Source of the DNA: Candidatus Enterousia sp.
GTDB taxonomy: Bacteria > Pseudomonadota > Alphaproteobacteria > Rs-D84
Direction: 5' to 3'
DNA: 56,799 nucleotides
Assembly (NCBI GenBank): GCA_045601765.1
Contig: JAZSAG010000006.1
Coordinates: forward strand, 1-56,799
Positions within the stretch are counted from its first letter, which is position 1. Each line of letters begins with the position of its first letter. The notes below the pieces were generated by a model. The model did no database searches and had not been told where the DNA came from. It saw only the letters and a list, made by a program, of their open reading frames with translations. Position numbers and translations under genes: made by a program. Positions 27,808-35,860 of the stretch are shown one piece after another.

Positions 27808-28887
27808 ATGATAAGTGCTATATCTTTAACAGATTTCAGAAACCACAGTATGTGTCGCATAACAACACAGGGTCGCAATAATATTATAATTACTGGACCA
27901 AATGGCGCCGGCAAGACCGCAATCCTAGAGGCAATATCAATGCTGTCTGGCGATCGTGGCATGCGTGGTGCACAAATGTCAGATATTGCACGTTTTGATG
28001 GTGACGGTGGTTTTGGTGTTTTTGCCGCATTATCTGACGCATCAGAATTATCTGTTGTGTTTCAATCTGGCGACACAAACAGACGTGCGAAAATCGATGG
28101 TGACACGGCCCCCCTGGCAGATTTGTCAAAACATTTGCACATTGTATGGCTGACCCCAAAAGAAGACAGACTGTTCATAGACAGTGCATCTGACAGGCGT
28201 TCTTTTTTTGACCGCCTGGCAACATGTTTTGATACATCGCATATTGGGCGCGGTGCCAAGTTGTCAAAATTACTTAGTGAACGCGCCTATGCGTTAAAAT
28301 CAGGTGCCGACCCACATTGGCTAAATGCGCTGGATGCACAGATTGCGGGTGTTGCCGTGACGGTTGCGGCATCACGAATCCAGTATTGTGGTGAATTGAA
28401 TTATTTCTTGTCTGATTGCGCGGTATCTGTTTCTGGAAAAATAGAACAAATGTTAATAGACGGAATGACGGCGGGTGACGCCGAAAGGTCTTATTTAGAT
28501 TATTTGCAAGAAAACAGAATCTTGGTTGGCGATAAAATGGTACTTGATGGGCCACATAAATCTGATTTTGGTGTGTTTAATAAAAAACTGGGGCTGCCCG
28601 CACATTTGACCAGTACCGGCCAACAAAAGTCAGTTTTAATTGATTTAATATTGGCACATACAAAATTGGTCTTTACAAAAACAGGTCGTACATCTATCGT
28701 TTTATTAGACGAGGCTGCCGCCCACCTGGACGACAAAGCGTGCACCCAATTATTCAGGCAATTACACAATTTAAATGCCCAGGTCTGGGCCACAGGTTTG
28801 GATACAGAAAAATTCCAAGATGTACCAAACGCATTATTTGTTGCTTGCCATAATGGGCAAATAAGTAATATAGTATACGGGGAGTAA
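27808..28887 (+). CDS. recF: DNA replication and repair protein RecF
   Basis: MISAISLTDFRNH...ITGPNGAGKTAILEAI (Walker A) and a C-terminal ...VLLDEAAAHLD (Walker B). The track ORF from 27460 runs through tRNA-Cys and two terminators. ATGs at 27781 and 27796 are alternatives. Confidence 0.85.
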   Translation: MISAISLTDFRNHSMCRITTQGRNNIIITGPNGAGKTAILEAISMLSGDRGMRGAQMSDIARFDGDGGFGVFAALSDASELSVVFQSGDTNRRAKIDGDTAPLADLSKHLHIVWLTPKEDRLFIDSASDRRSFFDRLATCFDTSHIGRGAKLSKLLSERAYALKSGADPHWLNALDAQIAGVAVTVAASRIQYCGELNYFLSDCAVSVSGKIEQMLIDGMTAGDAERSYLDYLQENRILVGDKMVLDGPHKSDFGVFNKKLGLPAHLTSTGQQKSVLIDLILAHTKLVFTKTGRTSIVLLDEAAAHLDDKACTQLFRQLHNLNAQVWATGLDTEKFQDVPNALFVACHNGQISNIVYGE

Positions 28888-28893
28888 AAAAAC

Positions 28894-29358
28894 ATGGCAC
28901 GTATAGATTATCAAACTTTACTAGACAATGCGTTAAAGTCCGTTGTCAAAGATGCATTAATTCATGCCCAGTTTAATGGTCTGGGTGATGGTACACACTT
29001 TTTTATCACGTTTCGCACACGTGACAGCGGTGTTGTTTTGCCGGATTTCCTGCGCATACGCTATCCAGATATTATGACAATAGTATTGCAATATTCATAT
29101 AATAATTTACATGTATCTGACAAAGAATTCGGTGTTCAATTGACATTTGATGGTCGTCCATATTTTATACGTGTGCCGTTTTCTGCGCTGGTTGAATTCA
29201 AAGACCCATCTGTTGATTTTATGTTGTCTTTTCAGCCCAAGCCCCAACAGCAATCTGCGGACAACGACATGGAATTACCATTGGATGAAAAGCCAGGCAC
29301 CGTCCCAGACCCCGACCGTGTTGTGTCATTGGATGAATTCAGAAAAAGAAAACAATAA
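28894..29358 (+). CDS. sspB: ClpXP adaptor SspB (alpha-proteobacterial type)
   Basis: SspB-like N-terminal fold region (THFFITFRT...), a disordered acidic linker, and a C-terminal ...VVSLDEFRKRKQ resembling a ClpX-binding tail. Confidence 0.7.
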   Translation: MARIDYQTLLDNALKSVVKDALIHAQFNGLGDGTHFFITFRTRDSGVVLPDFLRIRYPDIMTIVLQYSYNNLHVSDKEFGVQLTFDGRPYFIRVPFSALVEFKDPSVDFMLSFQPKPQQQSADNDMELPLDEKPGTVPDPDRVVSLDEFRKRKQ

Positions 29359-29360
29359 AA

Positions 29361-29387
29361 AATTCCCATTTCGGGAATTTTTTTATT
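29361..29387 (+). terminator. sspB terminator
   Basis: AATTCCC-atttc-GGGAATT hairpin followed by a T-run. Confidence 0.7.
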
Positions 29388-29390
29388 TTC

Positions 29391-29427
29391 TGGTGCCCCA
29401 AAGCCAAAACTTAACGGACTACAAAGC
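29391..29427 (-). pseudogene. Degenerate copy of the tRNA-Thr(GGT) 3' end
   Basis: Plus strand tggtgcccc..cggact versus the tRNA plus strand tggtgccct..cggact. About 22 of 30 positions align, with small indels. Confidence 0.4.
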
Positions 29428-29504
29428 AACTGTTGAAGATTATATAGCCCTTTTATCCGAATGGCAAAAATTTTGTGAAGAAATTATCAGAACAGGAACA
29501 ATCA

Positions 29505-29744
29505 TCAAAAATATTTTTTCTGAAAAATTCTGCCATTACCAGTCTTAAGAAACTTTTCAAAAATTTGTGCTTTTTCCTCACTGTCAAAAGCAATATATCC
29601 ACGCAAATCCCAAGGTTTAAATTTATTTGTATGAACAGAATTACCGTTATTATGTTCTTTTAAGCGTCTTTTTAAATCATTAGTGCAACCAACATAAAAA
29701 TGTTCTGGAAAATTTATACTTTGTAGAATATACACATAAAACAT
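29505..29744 (-). CDS. Small GIY-YIG nuclease-family protein (YhbQ/UPF0213-like)
   Basis: MFYVYILQS...FYVGCTNDLKRRLKEHN carries the GIY..YVG and R/E motifs. Start set at 29744; the longer ORF start (29774) lies inside a structured RNA. Confidence 0.8.
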   Translation of the reverse strand: MFYVYILQSINFPEHFYVGCTNDLKRRLKEHNNGNSVHTNKFKPWDLRGYIAFDSEEKAQIFEKFLKTGNGRIFQKKYF

Positions 29745-29750
29745 CAGAAG

Positions 29751-29859
29751 TCCGCTTTCATTCACTACGTTCATTACAGCGTGACATCCGTTTCTCTAAC
29801 TCTACACCTTCGTTTGCTTTCTGCGAAACCAATCTCGCTGTAGCGTAAGCGAAAGCGGA
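29751..29859 (-). ncRNA. 109-nt strongly structured element directly between the tRNA-Thr 3' CCA and the GIY-YIG start
   Basis: Nested helices on the minus-strand RNA: P1 UCCGCUUUC/GAAAGCGGA (9 bp), P2 UUACG/CGUAG (5 bp), P3 UACAGCG/CGCUGUA (7 bp), and hairpin GUUU(C)GC-agaaa-GCAAAC. GC-richer than the flanks. Confidence 0.5.
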
Positions 29860-29933
29860 TGGTGCCCTAAGCAAGAATCGGACTTGCGACTCGTCCTTAC
29901 CAAGGACGTGTTTTACCACTAGACTATTAGGGC
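29860..29933 (-). tRNA. tRNA-Thr (GGT) with non-canonical features
   Basis: Acceptor GCCCTAA/TTAGGGC, anticodon arm CGTCC-TTGGTAA-GGACG, encoded CCA. Unusual points: T-loop TCCGATT (C at position 55) and a C-A mismatch in the D-stem. Confidence 0.7.
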
Positions 29934-29990
29934 AATTTAGATAACGCAGTTGATTATACGGATGGCTAAACAAAAATCAAGAATATTTTA

Positions 29991-30017
29991 TTGAAAATAG
30001 ATTTTATCTGGTATAAA
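29991..30017 (+). promoter_or_regulatory. Candidate promoter of the aspS leader
   Basis: TTGAAA, 15 bp spacer, TATAAA with an extended -10 TGG. Confidence 0.45.
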
Positions 30018-30023
30018 ATCAGT

Positions 30024-30203
30024 CTCAGTTGCAAATATGATACGCGTTGATGTGACTGACAACCACGGAGTGTTCATATCGCATAAAAAGTTATAAATCA
30101 GGGTGGCACCGCGCAAATAACATATCTGCGCCCCTGAAATTTAACAAACAATGGGTGCCGAAAATCCAAATTTTTCTGCGCCTGAAAACAAAAAGGGACC
30201 AAA
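30024..30203 (+). promoter_or_regulatory. T-box riboswitch-like leader of aspS (antiterminator core 30099-30136)
   Basis: CAGGG-[UGGCACC]-GCGCA-loop-UGCGC-CCCUG, i.e. the conserved GGGUGGNACCGCG T-box with its 7-nt UGGNACC bulge. N=C matches discriminator G73 of tRNA-Asp. GAC codons at 30054 and 30058. Confidence 0.65.
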
Positions 30204-31958
30204 ATGTTATCTTTGAAATCAAAGTACAGAACACACACATGTGGTGAATTAAATCCCACAAATGTTGGCGAAACAGTAATCTTGTCTGGTTGGGTTCATC
30301 GTAAACGTGACCATGGGGCATTATTGTTCGTAGACCTGCGTGACAATTATGGTATCACCCAGGTTGTTTTTGATGGTGGTGATGAAAACTTGGAAAAAGT
30401 TCGCCCAGAATCAGTTATAAAAATCACAGGCACCGTTGTTGCGCGTGATGCATCTGCGGTTAATGAAAAAATACCAACTGGCGGAATTGAAATTCAGGCG
30501 ACTTCTTTTGAAGTTTTAACTAATTCAGACGTTTTGCCATTTCAGGTTTTTGGCGATGATGAATCTGTTGCCGAAGATTTAAGATTAAAACACAGATATA
30601 TTGACCTGCGTCGTGAATCATTGCATAAAAATATTTTAATGCGCAATCGCATTGTAAAGTTTATGCGTGATAAAATGTGGGATATGGGATTTTCAGAATT
30701 CCAAACACCTATCTTAACCGCGTCCAGTCCCGAAGGTGCACGTGACTTTATCGTCCCGTCTCGTAATCATCATGGTATGTTTTATGCCCTGCCCCAGGCA
30801 CCACAACAGTTTAAACAATTGTTACAGGTATCGGGCTTTGACAGATATTTCCAAATTGCACCATGTTTTCGTGACGAAGACCTGCGTGCCGACAGATTGT
30901 TAGAATTTTATCAACTGGACCTAGAAATGTCATTTGTTGATTTATTGGATATCCAGGCCGTTGGTGATGAATTGATGCCGGCTTTGATACGTGAATTTGT
31001 CCCAGATGCAATATTATCTGATGAAATACCGCATATTTCATTTGACGATGCGATGTTGAAATATGGGTCTGATAAACCAGATTTGCGTAATCCAATAATT
31101 ATCCACGATGTCACAGAAGTTTTCCGCGGGTCTGATTTTGGTATATTTGCCAACGCCATTGAAAATGGCAGTGTTGTTCGTGCCATACCTGCACCAAACA
31201 GTGCGGATAAACCACGTTCATGGTTTGATAAACTGGGCGACTTTGCCGTCAAAGAACTGGGGCTGGGTGGATTGGGATACATTGTATTCGCAGACGAACC
31301 CAAGGGCCCTGTTGCGAAAAAGTTAGATGCCGCGCGCATTGAAAAATTGCATGCGATTGCGGGTGATAACGCATCTTTGTTCTTTGTTTGTGACGCGCCG
31401 GAATCTGCGGCCAAGGCCGCGGGTAAAATCCGCAATAAATTGGGCGAAGATTTAGGTTTAATCAATCCACGCGAATTCCGTCTGTGTTGGATAGAAGACT
31501 TTCCAATGTATGAATTGAACGAAGAAACAGGTGCGATTGATTTTGGTCATAATCCATTCAGTTTACCCAAGGGCGAATTAGATGGTGATCCATTGAAAAT
31601 CAAAGCAAACCAGTTTGACATGGTGTTAAATGGCGCAGAAATTTGCAGTGGTGGCCTGCGTAATTATAACCCTGAAATCATGGTCAAGGCATTTGCAATC
31701 GCTGGATACGGCGAAGATGTTGTCAAGGCCAAGTTTGGTGGTATGTATACCGCGTTCCAATATGGCGCCCCACCACACGGTGGTTGTGCATTTGGTATTG
31801 ATAGATTGGTTCAAATTATCCTGGGCGAACAAAATCTGCGTGGTGTTGTTGCGTTCCCGACCAATCAACGTGGCCAAGACCTGATGTTGGGTGCACCGAC
31901 AAATGTCACAGAACAGCAATTACGTGATGTGCATATCCAGGTCAGAAAAAAGAACTAA
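30204..31958 (+). CDS. aspS: Aspartate--tRNA ligase
   Basis: 584 aa, bacterial type: OB-fold N-terminus, ...FYALPQAPQQFKQLL..., FRDEDLRADR, and a GAD insertion. Confidence 0.97.
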   Translation: MLSLKSKYRTHTCGELNPTNVGETVILSGWVHRKRDHGALLFVDLRDNYGITQVVFDGGDENLEKVRPESVIKITGTVVARDASAVNEKIPTGGIEIQATSFEVLTNSDVLPFQVFGDDESVAEDLRLKHRYIDLRRESLHKNILMRNRIVKFMRDKMWDMGFSEFQTPILTASSPEGARDFIVPSRNHHGMFYALPQAPQQFKQLLQVSGFDRYFQIAPCFRDEDLRADRLLEFYQLDLEMSFVDLLDIQAVGDELMPALIREFVPDAILSDEIPHISFDDAMLKYGSDKPDLRNPIIIHDVTEVFRGSDFGIFANAIENGSVVRAIPAPNSADKPRSWFDKLGDFAVKELGLGGLGYIVFADEPKGPVAKKLDAARIEKLHAIAGDNASLFFVCDAPESAAKAAGKIRNKLGEDLGLINPREFRLCWIEDFPMYELNEETGAIDFGHNPFSLPKGELDGDPLKIKANQFDMVLNGAEICSGGLRNYNPEIMVKAFAIAGYGEDVVKAKFGGMYTAFQYGAPPHGGCAFGIDRLVQIILGEQNLRGVVAFPTNQRGQDLMLGAPTNVTEQQLRDVHIQVRKKN

Positions 31959-31962
31959 AAAA

Positions 31963-31986
31963 AACCGGCATTTGCCGGTTTTTTTA
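31963..31986. terminator. Bidirectional terminator
   Basis: AACCGGCA-tt-TGCCGGTT hairpin followed by a T-run. Abuts the stop of the convergent small ORF. Confidence 0.7.
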
Positions 31987-32253
31987 TTTTTTATTTTGTA
32001 TCTGTGCGGACATAAGGTTTGTTAAATTTAAATCTTTGATACGCATATCGATTGCGTGTTGAACTTTTATTTGTTCTTCGAACAGCAACTGATATTGTGC
32101 GCCGTTTTCATTTGCAACATATGATACAGATTTTCCTTTTTGGTCGCGATTAACAATCGCCACACCTTGATTAGAATAGATATAATAATCGCCGAACGAT
32201 GGTTTTATATAGTGTGCATTTTGGATAATATTTAAAAGTTGTTGAATTGTCAT
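31984..32253 (-). CDS. Hypothetical small protein
   Basis: 89-aa ORF, 13 bp downstream of the preceding small ORF. No family recognised. Confidence 0.45.
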   Translation of the reverse strand: MTIQQLLNIIQNAHYIKPSFGDYYIYSNQGVAIVNRDQKGKSVSYVANENGAQYQLLFEEQIKVQHAIDMRIKDLNLTNLMSAQIQNKK

Positions 32254-32266
32254 TTTTTATCCTTTA

Positions 32267-32617
32267 TTACTTAATATTTTCTTTAAATTTATTCAAAAAA
32301 GACTGCATCTGTTGATCTTTTGAATCTTTAAGTACCTGTGAATCTCTGTTTTTGAACAGTTTATACATGTCTTCTGCAAATACTTTATCTGAAAAATCGT
32401 ATTTTACCTGTCCTTTGTTCATAGATATTTTCAGTGAATCCACCGCTTGTCCAAAACCAAGTGTCTTGAACGTAAAAGTTATTTTACCATCAATAACCCA
32501 TATTTGTTCATCTGTACCCTGTCCCAATGGGTTGACTTTATTAGACACTAAAACCTTTTTATCTTTAAGTTTTTGTTCTGTCAGGGTTAAAATGTCGTTT
32601 TGCATTATTATATTCAT
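32267..32617 (-). CDS. Hypothetical small protein
   Basis: 116-aa ORF with several possible ATG starts (M1/M5). No family recognised. Confidence 0.45.
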   Translation of the reverse strand: MNIIMQNDILTLTEQKLKDKKVLVSNKVNPLGQGTDEQIWVIDGKITFTFKTLGFGQAVDSLKISMNKGQVKYDFSDKVFAEDMYKLFKNRDSQVLKDSKDQQMQSFLNKFKENIK

Positions 32618-32723
32618 ACTTTGTATCCTTTATTCCTGGTAAGAAAGTACCATATAAAACACATTTGTCAAATTATTAATACTGTGCTTGATTTTTATGA
32701 TTTTACATTGTAAACTAACTGGC

Positions 32724-32756
32724 ATGAAACAGAAAGCAATAATTATCATTAAATAA
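32724..32756 (+). CDS. Candidate ileS leader peptide MKQKAIIIIK (four consecutive Ile codons)
   Basis: ATG AAA CAG AAA GCA ATA ATT ATC ATT AAA TAA read directly from the sequence. The stop lies 26 nt before the attenuator hairpin. No obvious SD, which lowers confidence. Confidence 0.5.
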   Translation: MKQKAIIIIK

Positions 32757-32782
32757 AAGGCGACTGCGCTTTGGCGGTGGCT

Positions 32783-32805
32783 GGGGCGCGTGGGCGCCTT
32801 TTTTT
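32783..32805 (+). terminator. Attenuator terminator 21 bp upstream of the ileS ATG
   Basis: GGCGC-gugg-GCGCC hairpin followed by seven U. Its 5' arm (32783-32790) can alternatively pair with UGCGCUUU (32765-32772). Confidence 0.65.
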
Positions 32806-32826
32806 AATGCAATATGGAGTTTTATT

Positions 32827-35800
32827 ATGACATACCCAAAGACAGATGCACGCCCAGATTTTCCTGCCCTGGAACAGGTTGTTTTGGCATCGTGGAATAA
32901 AAACGATACTTTTCACAAATCGTTACAGCAAACAAAACATGGCGAACCATTTTTATTTTACGATGGTCCTCCTTTTGCCAATGGTCTGCCCCATTGGGGA
33001 CATTTGGGTGTGACTGTTGTCAAAGATATGATTTCACGCTTTCAGACAATGAATGGTCGTTATGTAAGGCGCGAATTGGGCTGGGATTGTCATGGGTTGC
33101 CTGCGGAAAATTCTGTTGAAAAAAAACAGGGTAAACGTGCCAAAGATATTGTCGCAGATGATGGTATTGCCGCGTTTTGTGATATGTGCAGAACGGACGT
33201 TATGACATATACAAACGAATGGAACAGTTTTATATCACGTATGGGTCGTTGGGTTGATATTGGTGATAATTATGGTTACAGAACCATGGATAAAAATTAT
33301 ATGGAATCTATGCTGTGGACATTGAAATCATTGTATGAACGTGGCTTGTTGTACAAAGATTACAGTGTAAATCCATACGATTGGGTAAATGGCACCGTTG
33401 TTTCAAATTCCGAAGCGTCCCAAGACTATCGTGAAATTGTTGATGATGCGGTAACGGTTTGGTTTGAATTGGAAAATGGCGACCGGGCAATTGCATGGAC
33501 AACAACGCCATGGACATTACCTGCGAATTCTGCATTGGCGGTGAATCCAAATATGACGTATCTGCGCATGCAAGACACGGATGGCAGTGTTTATGTCATC
33601 GCATCCAGCAGACTGGCGGCATACGAAAAACAATTTGCCAATGCAACAGAAATAGGTCGTGTTAATGGTGCAGATTTGGTTGGTATGCATTATGTGCCAC
33701 TGTTCCCATATTATGCAGGTACATCTGAATTATTATTCCAGGTTATACCTGCGGATTATGTGTCTGACACTGACGGTACGGGTATTGTCCATATTGCGCC
33801 GGCATACGGTGCCGAAGATTTCTGGGCGGCGAAAAATATTGATGCGAAATTCCCAGTGTTATTGAATGTTGATACATACGGTAATTTTGATAACAGTGTG
33901 ACAGATTTTGCGGGCGAAAATATATTTGACGCCACACCAAAAATATTGGATTGGTTAAAGGCAAATGGACGCTTGGTTAAAAAAGAACAATATAAACACA
34001 GTTATCCATTTGGTGACCGCAGTAAACAAAAACTGATACAGCGTGCAACAGATTCTTGGTATATCGATGTTCCAAAAATCAAAGACAAATTACTGGCGAA
34101 TAATGCCTTGGTAAATTGGACATCTGCGGGCGAGCGTTTTCGCAGTTGGATTGAAAATGCGCGTCCTTGGTCAATATCACGTAATCGTTTCTGGGGTATG
34201 CCACTGCCAATTTGGGAACGTGACGGCGAATACAAGGTATTTGGTTCAATCGCAGAATTAGAAGAATTCTTTGGCGTGCCTGTTAATGACTTGCACCGTC
34301 CAACATTGGATAAATTATCGCGCGATGGTTGGACCCGTATCCCAGATGTATTAGATTGCTGGGTGGAAAGTGGTTCTATGCCATGGGCGTCATTACATTA
34401 TCCGTTTGAAAATGTAGACACATTTGAAAAATCTTTTCCTGCCGATTATATTATCGAAGGTCAAGATCAAACACGTGGTTGGTTTTATGCACTGATGGTA
34501 TTGGCAACAGCGTTATTTGATAAACCTGCGTTTAAAACGGTGTCTGCAAATGGTATGGTGGTTGATGAAAATAAAAAGAAGTTTTCAAAATCGCTAAGAA
34601 ACTTTGTCGACCCATCTGACCAAATAGAACAATATGGCGCAGATTCAATTCGCCTGTTTATATTGGGGTCTAATTTTATGAAGGCAGAACCGGTTCCTGT
34701 TGATAAAGAAGGTAAAGTATTCCTTGATTCTGCCAAGGTGATTTTAACCCCATTGTGGATGGCGTATCACTTCTTTACACTGTACGCGAATCCTGCAAAT
34801 ATCACCGCCCAGCATGTTGAAACATCTGACAATGCGCTGGATAAATATATATTGTCCGAATTAAATGTGTTAACAGATGTTGTCTGCACGTCTTTGAACG
34901 AATATAAACCAGACGTTGCCATCAAAGAATTTGTTCGATTCTTGGATATTTTGAACAACTGGTACATACGTCGCAGTCGTACACGTTTCTGGGACGAAGA
35001 ACAATGCGCGTTTGATGTGCTGTACACAGTGTTAACAACATTGTGTCGTGTGTTGGCACCATTTGCACCATTTGTATCAGATTATATTTACACAAATCTG
35101 ACGGGGGCAGAATCTGTGCATTTAACAACATTTCCTGTGGCGTCAGACATTGATACGAAAATCGTAGAAGATATGCGCCGCGTACAGTCAATTGTATCTG
35201 TTGGTAATCAATTGCGTGAGCAATATAAATTACGTAATCGTCTGCCGTTAAATTCGGTAACAATTGCCGGCGCCGACATGCCAGAATACGCCAATATCAT
35301 CAAAGAAGAATTAAATGTAAAACACGTAAAGTTTGATAACAATATATCAAATGTTGCGGACAGTTTTGTATATCTGATTACACCAAAAATAGGTGGCCGT
35401 TTGGGCGGTGCATTAAAAGACATAATACCATCTGTTAAACGTGGTGATTATGAAATTGTTGGTGATAAATTACATACTGCGGGATATATATTAAATTCTG
35501 ATGAATTTGAACAAAGATTAACTGTGCGTCGTGATGTCTCTGGTGCGGCGTTGCCTGATAATACTGCGGTTGTGGTACTAGATACAGACGTTAACGCAGA
35601 ATTGATTGCCGAAGGTCTGGCAAACGATGCGTTGCGCTTTATCCAAGATACCCGCAAGACAGCAGGCCTGGACGTTTCGGACAGAATAATTTTGACATAT
35701 TCTGCGGACCCTGCATTGGCGATTGCAATTGAACAGCATAAAAAGCGTATTATGCGTGATGCATTGATTGTTGAAATGCGCGCTGGGGACGGCCAATATA

Positions 35801-35850
35801 AAAAAGATATTCTGGGATATGACTTATCAATTGATGTGACCAAGGCATAA
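32827..35850 (+). CDS. ileS: Isoleucine--tRNA ligase, type 2 (eukaryote-like)
   Basis: 1007 aa with PPFANGLPHWGHL (HIGH region, type-2 style) and KKFSKS (KMSKS). Confidence 0.95.
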   Translation: MTYPKTDARPDFPALEQVVLASWNKNDTFHKSLQQTKHGEPFLFYDGPPFANGLPHWGHLGVTVVKDMISRFQTMNGRYVRRELGWDCHGLPAENSVEKKQGKRAKDIVADDGIAAFCDMCRTDVMTYTNEWNSFISRMGRWVDIGDNYGYRTMDKNYMESMLWTLKSLYERGLLYKDYSVNPYDWVNGTVVSNSEASQDYREIVDDAVTVWFELENGDRAIAWTTTPWTLPANSALAVNPNMTYLRMQDTDGSVYVIASSRLAAYEKQFANATEIGRVNGADLVGMHYVPLFPYYAGTSELLFQVIPADYVSDTDGTGIVHIAPAYGAEDFWAAKNIDAKFPVLLNVDTYGNFDNSVTDFAGENIFDATPKILDWLKANGRLVKKEQYKHSYPFGDRSKQKLIQRATDSWYIDVPKIKDKLLANNALVNWTSAGERFRSWIENARPWSISRNRFWGMPLPIWERDGEYKVFGSIAELEEFFGVPVNDLHRPTLDKLSRDGWTRIPDVLDCWVESGSMPWASLHYPFENVDTFEKSFPADYIIEGQDQTRGWFYALMVLATALFDKPAFKTVSANGMVVDENKKKFSKSLRNFVDPSDQIEQYGADSIRLFILGSNFMKAEPVPVDKEGKVFLDSAKVILTPLWMAYHFFTLYANPANITAQHVETSDNALDKYILSELNVLTDVVCTSLNEYKPDVAIKEFVRFLDILNNWYIRRSRTRFWDEEQCAFDVLYTVLTTLCRVLAPFAPFVSDYIYTNLTGAESVHLTTFPVASDIDTKIVEDMRRVQSIVSVGNQLREQYKLRNRLPLNSVTIAGADMPEYANIIKEELNVKHVKFDNNISNVADSFVYLITPKIGGRLGGALKDIIPSVKRGDYEIVGDKLHTAGYILNSDEFEQRLTVRRDVSGAALPDNTAVVVLDTDVNAELIAEGLANDALRFIQDTRKTAGLDVSDRIILTYSADPALAIAIEQHKKRIMRDALIVEMRAGDGQYKKDILGYDLSIDVTKA

Positions 35851-35860
35851 GGGGTAAAAG

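Noticed and set aside
29758-29973. 71-aa minus-strand ORF.
   Set aside because: It overlaps tRNA-Thr(GGT) and the structured RNA completely, so it is an artefact of the GC-richer RNA genes.
30036-30095. A 19-codon mini-ORF (MIRVDVTDNHGVFISHKKL) in the aspS leader as an Asp attenuation peptide.
   Set aside because: It has only two Asp codons, which are not consecutive, and it overlaps the region expected to form T-box Stem I. The T-box core explains the leader better.
32757-32805. The ileS leader as a second T-box (GGCGGUGGCUGGGGCGCG superficially resembles GGGUGGNACCGCG).
   Set aside because: It lacks the ACC of the UGGNACC bulge, and UGGC would not match the A73 discriminator expected for tRNA-Ile. 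The leader-peptide attenuator model fits better.
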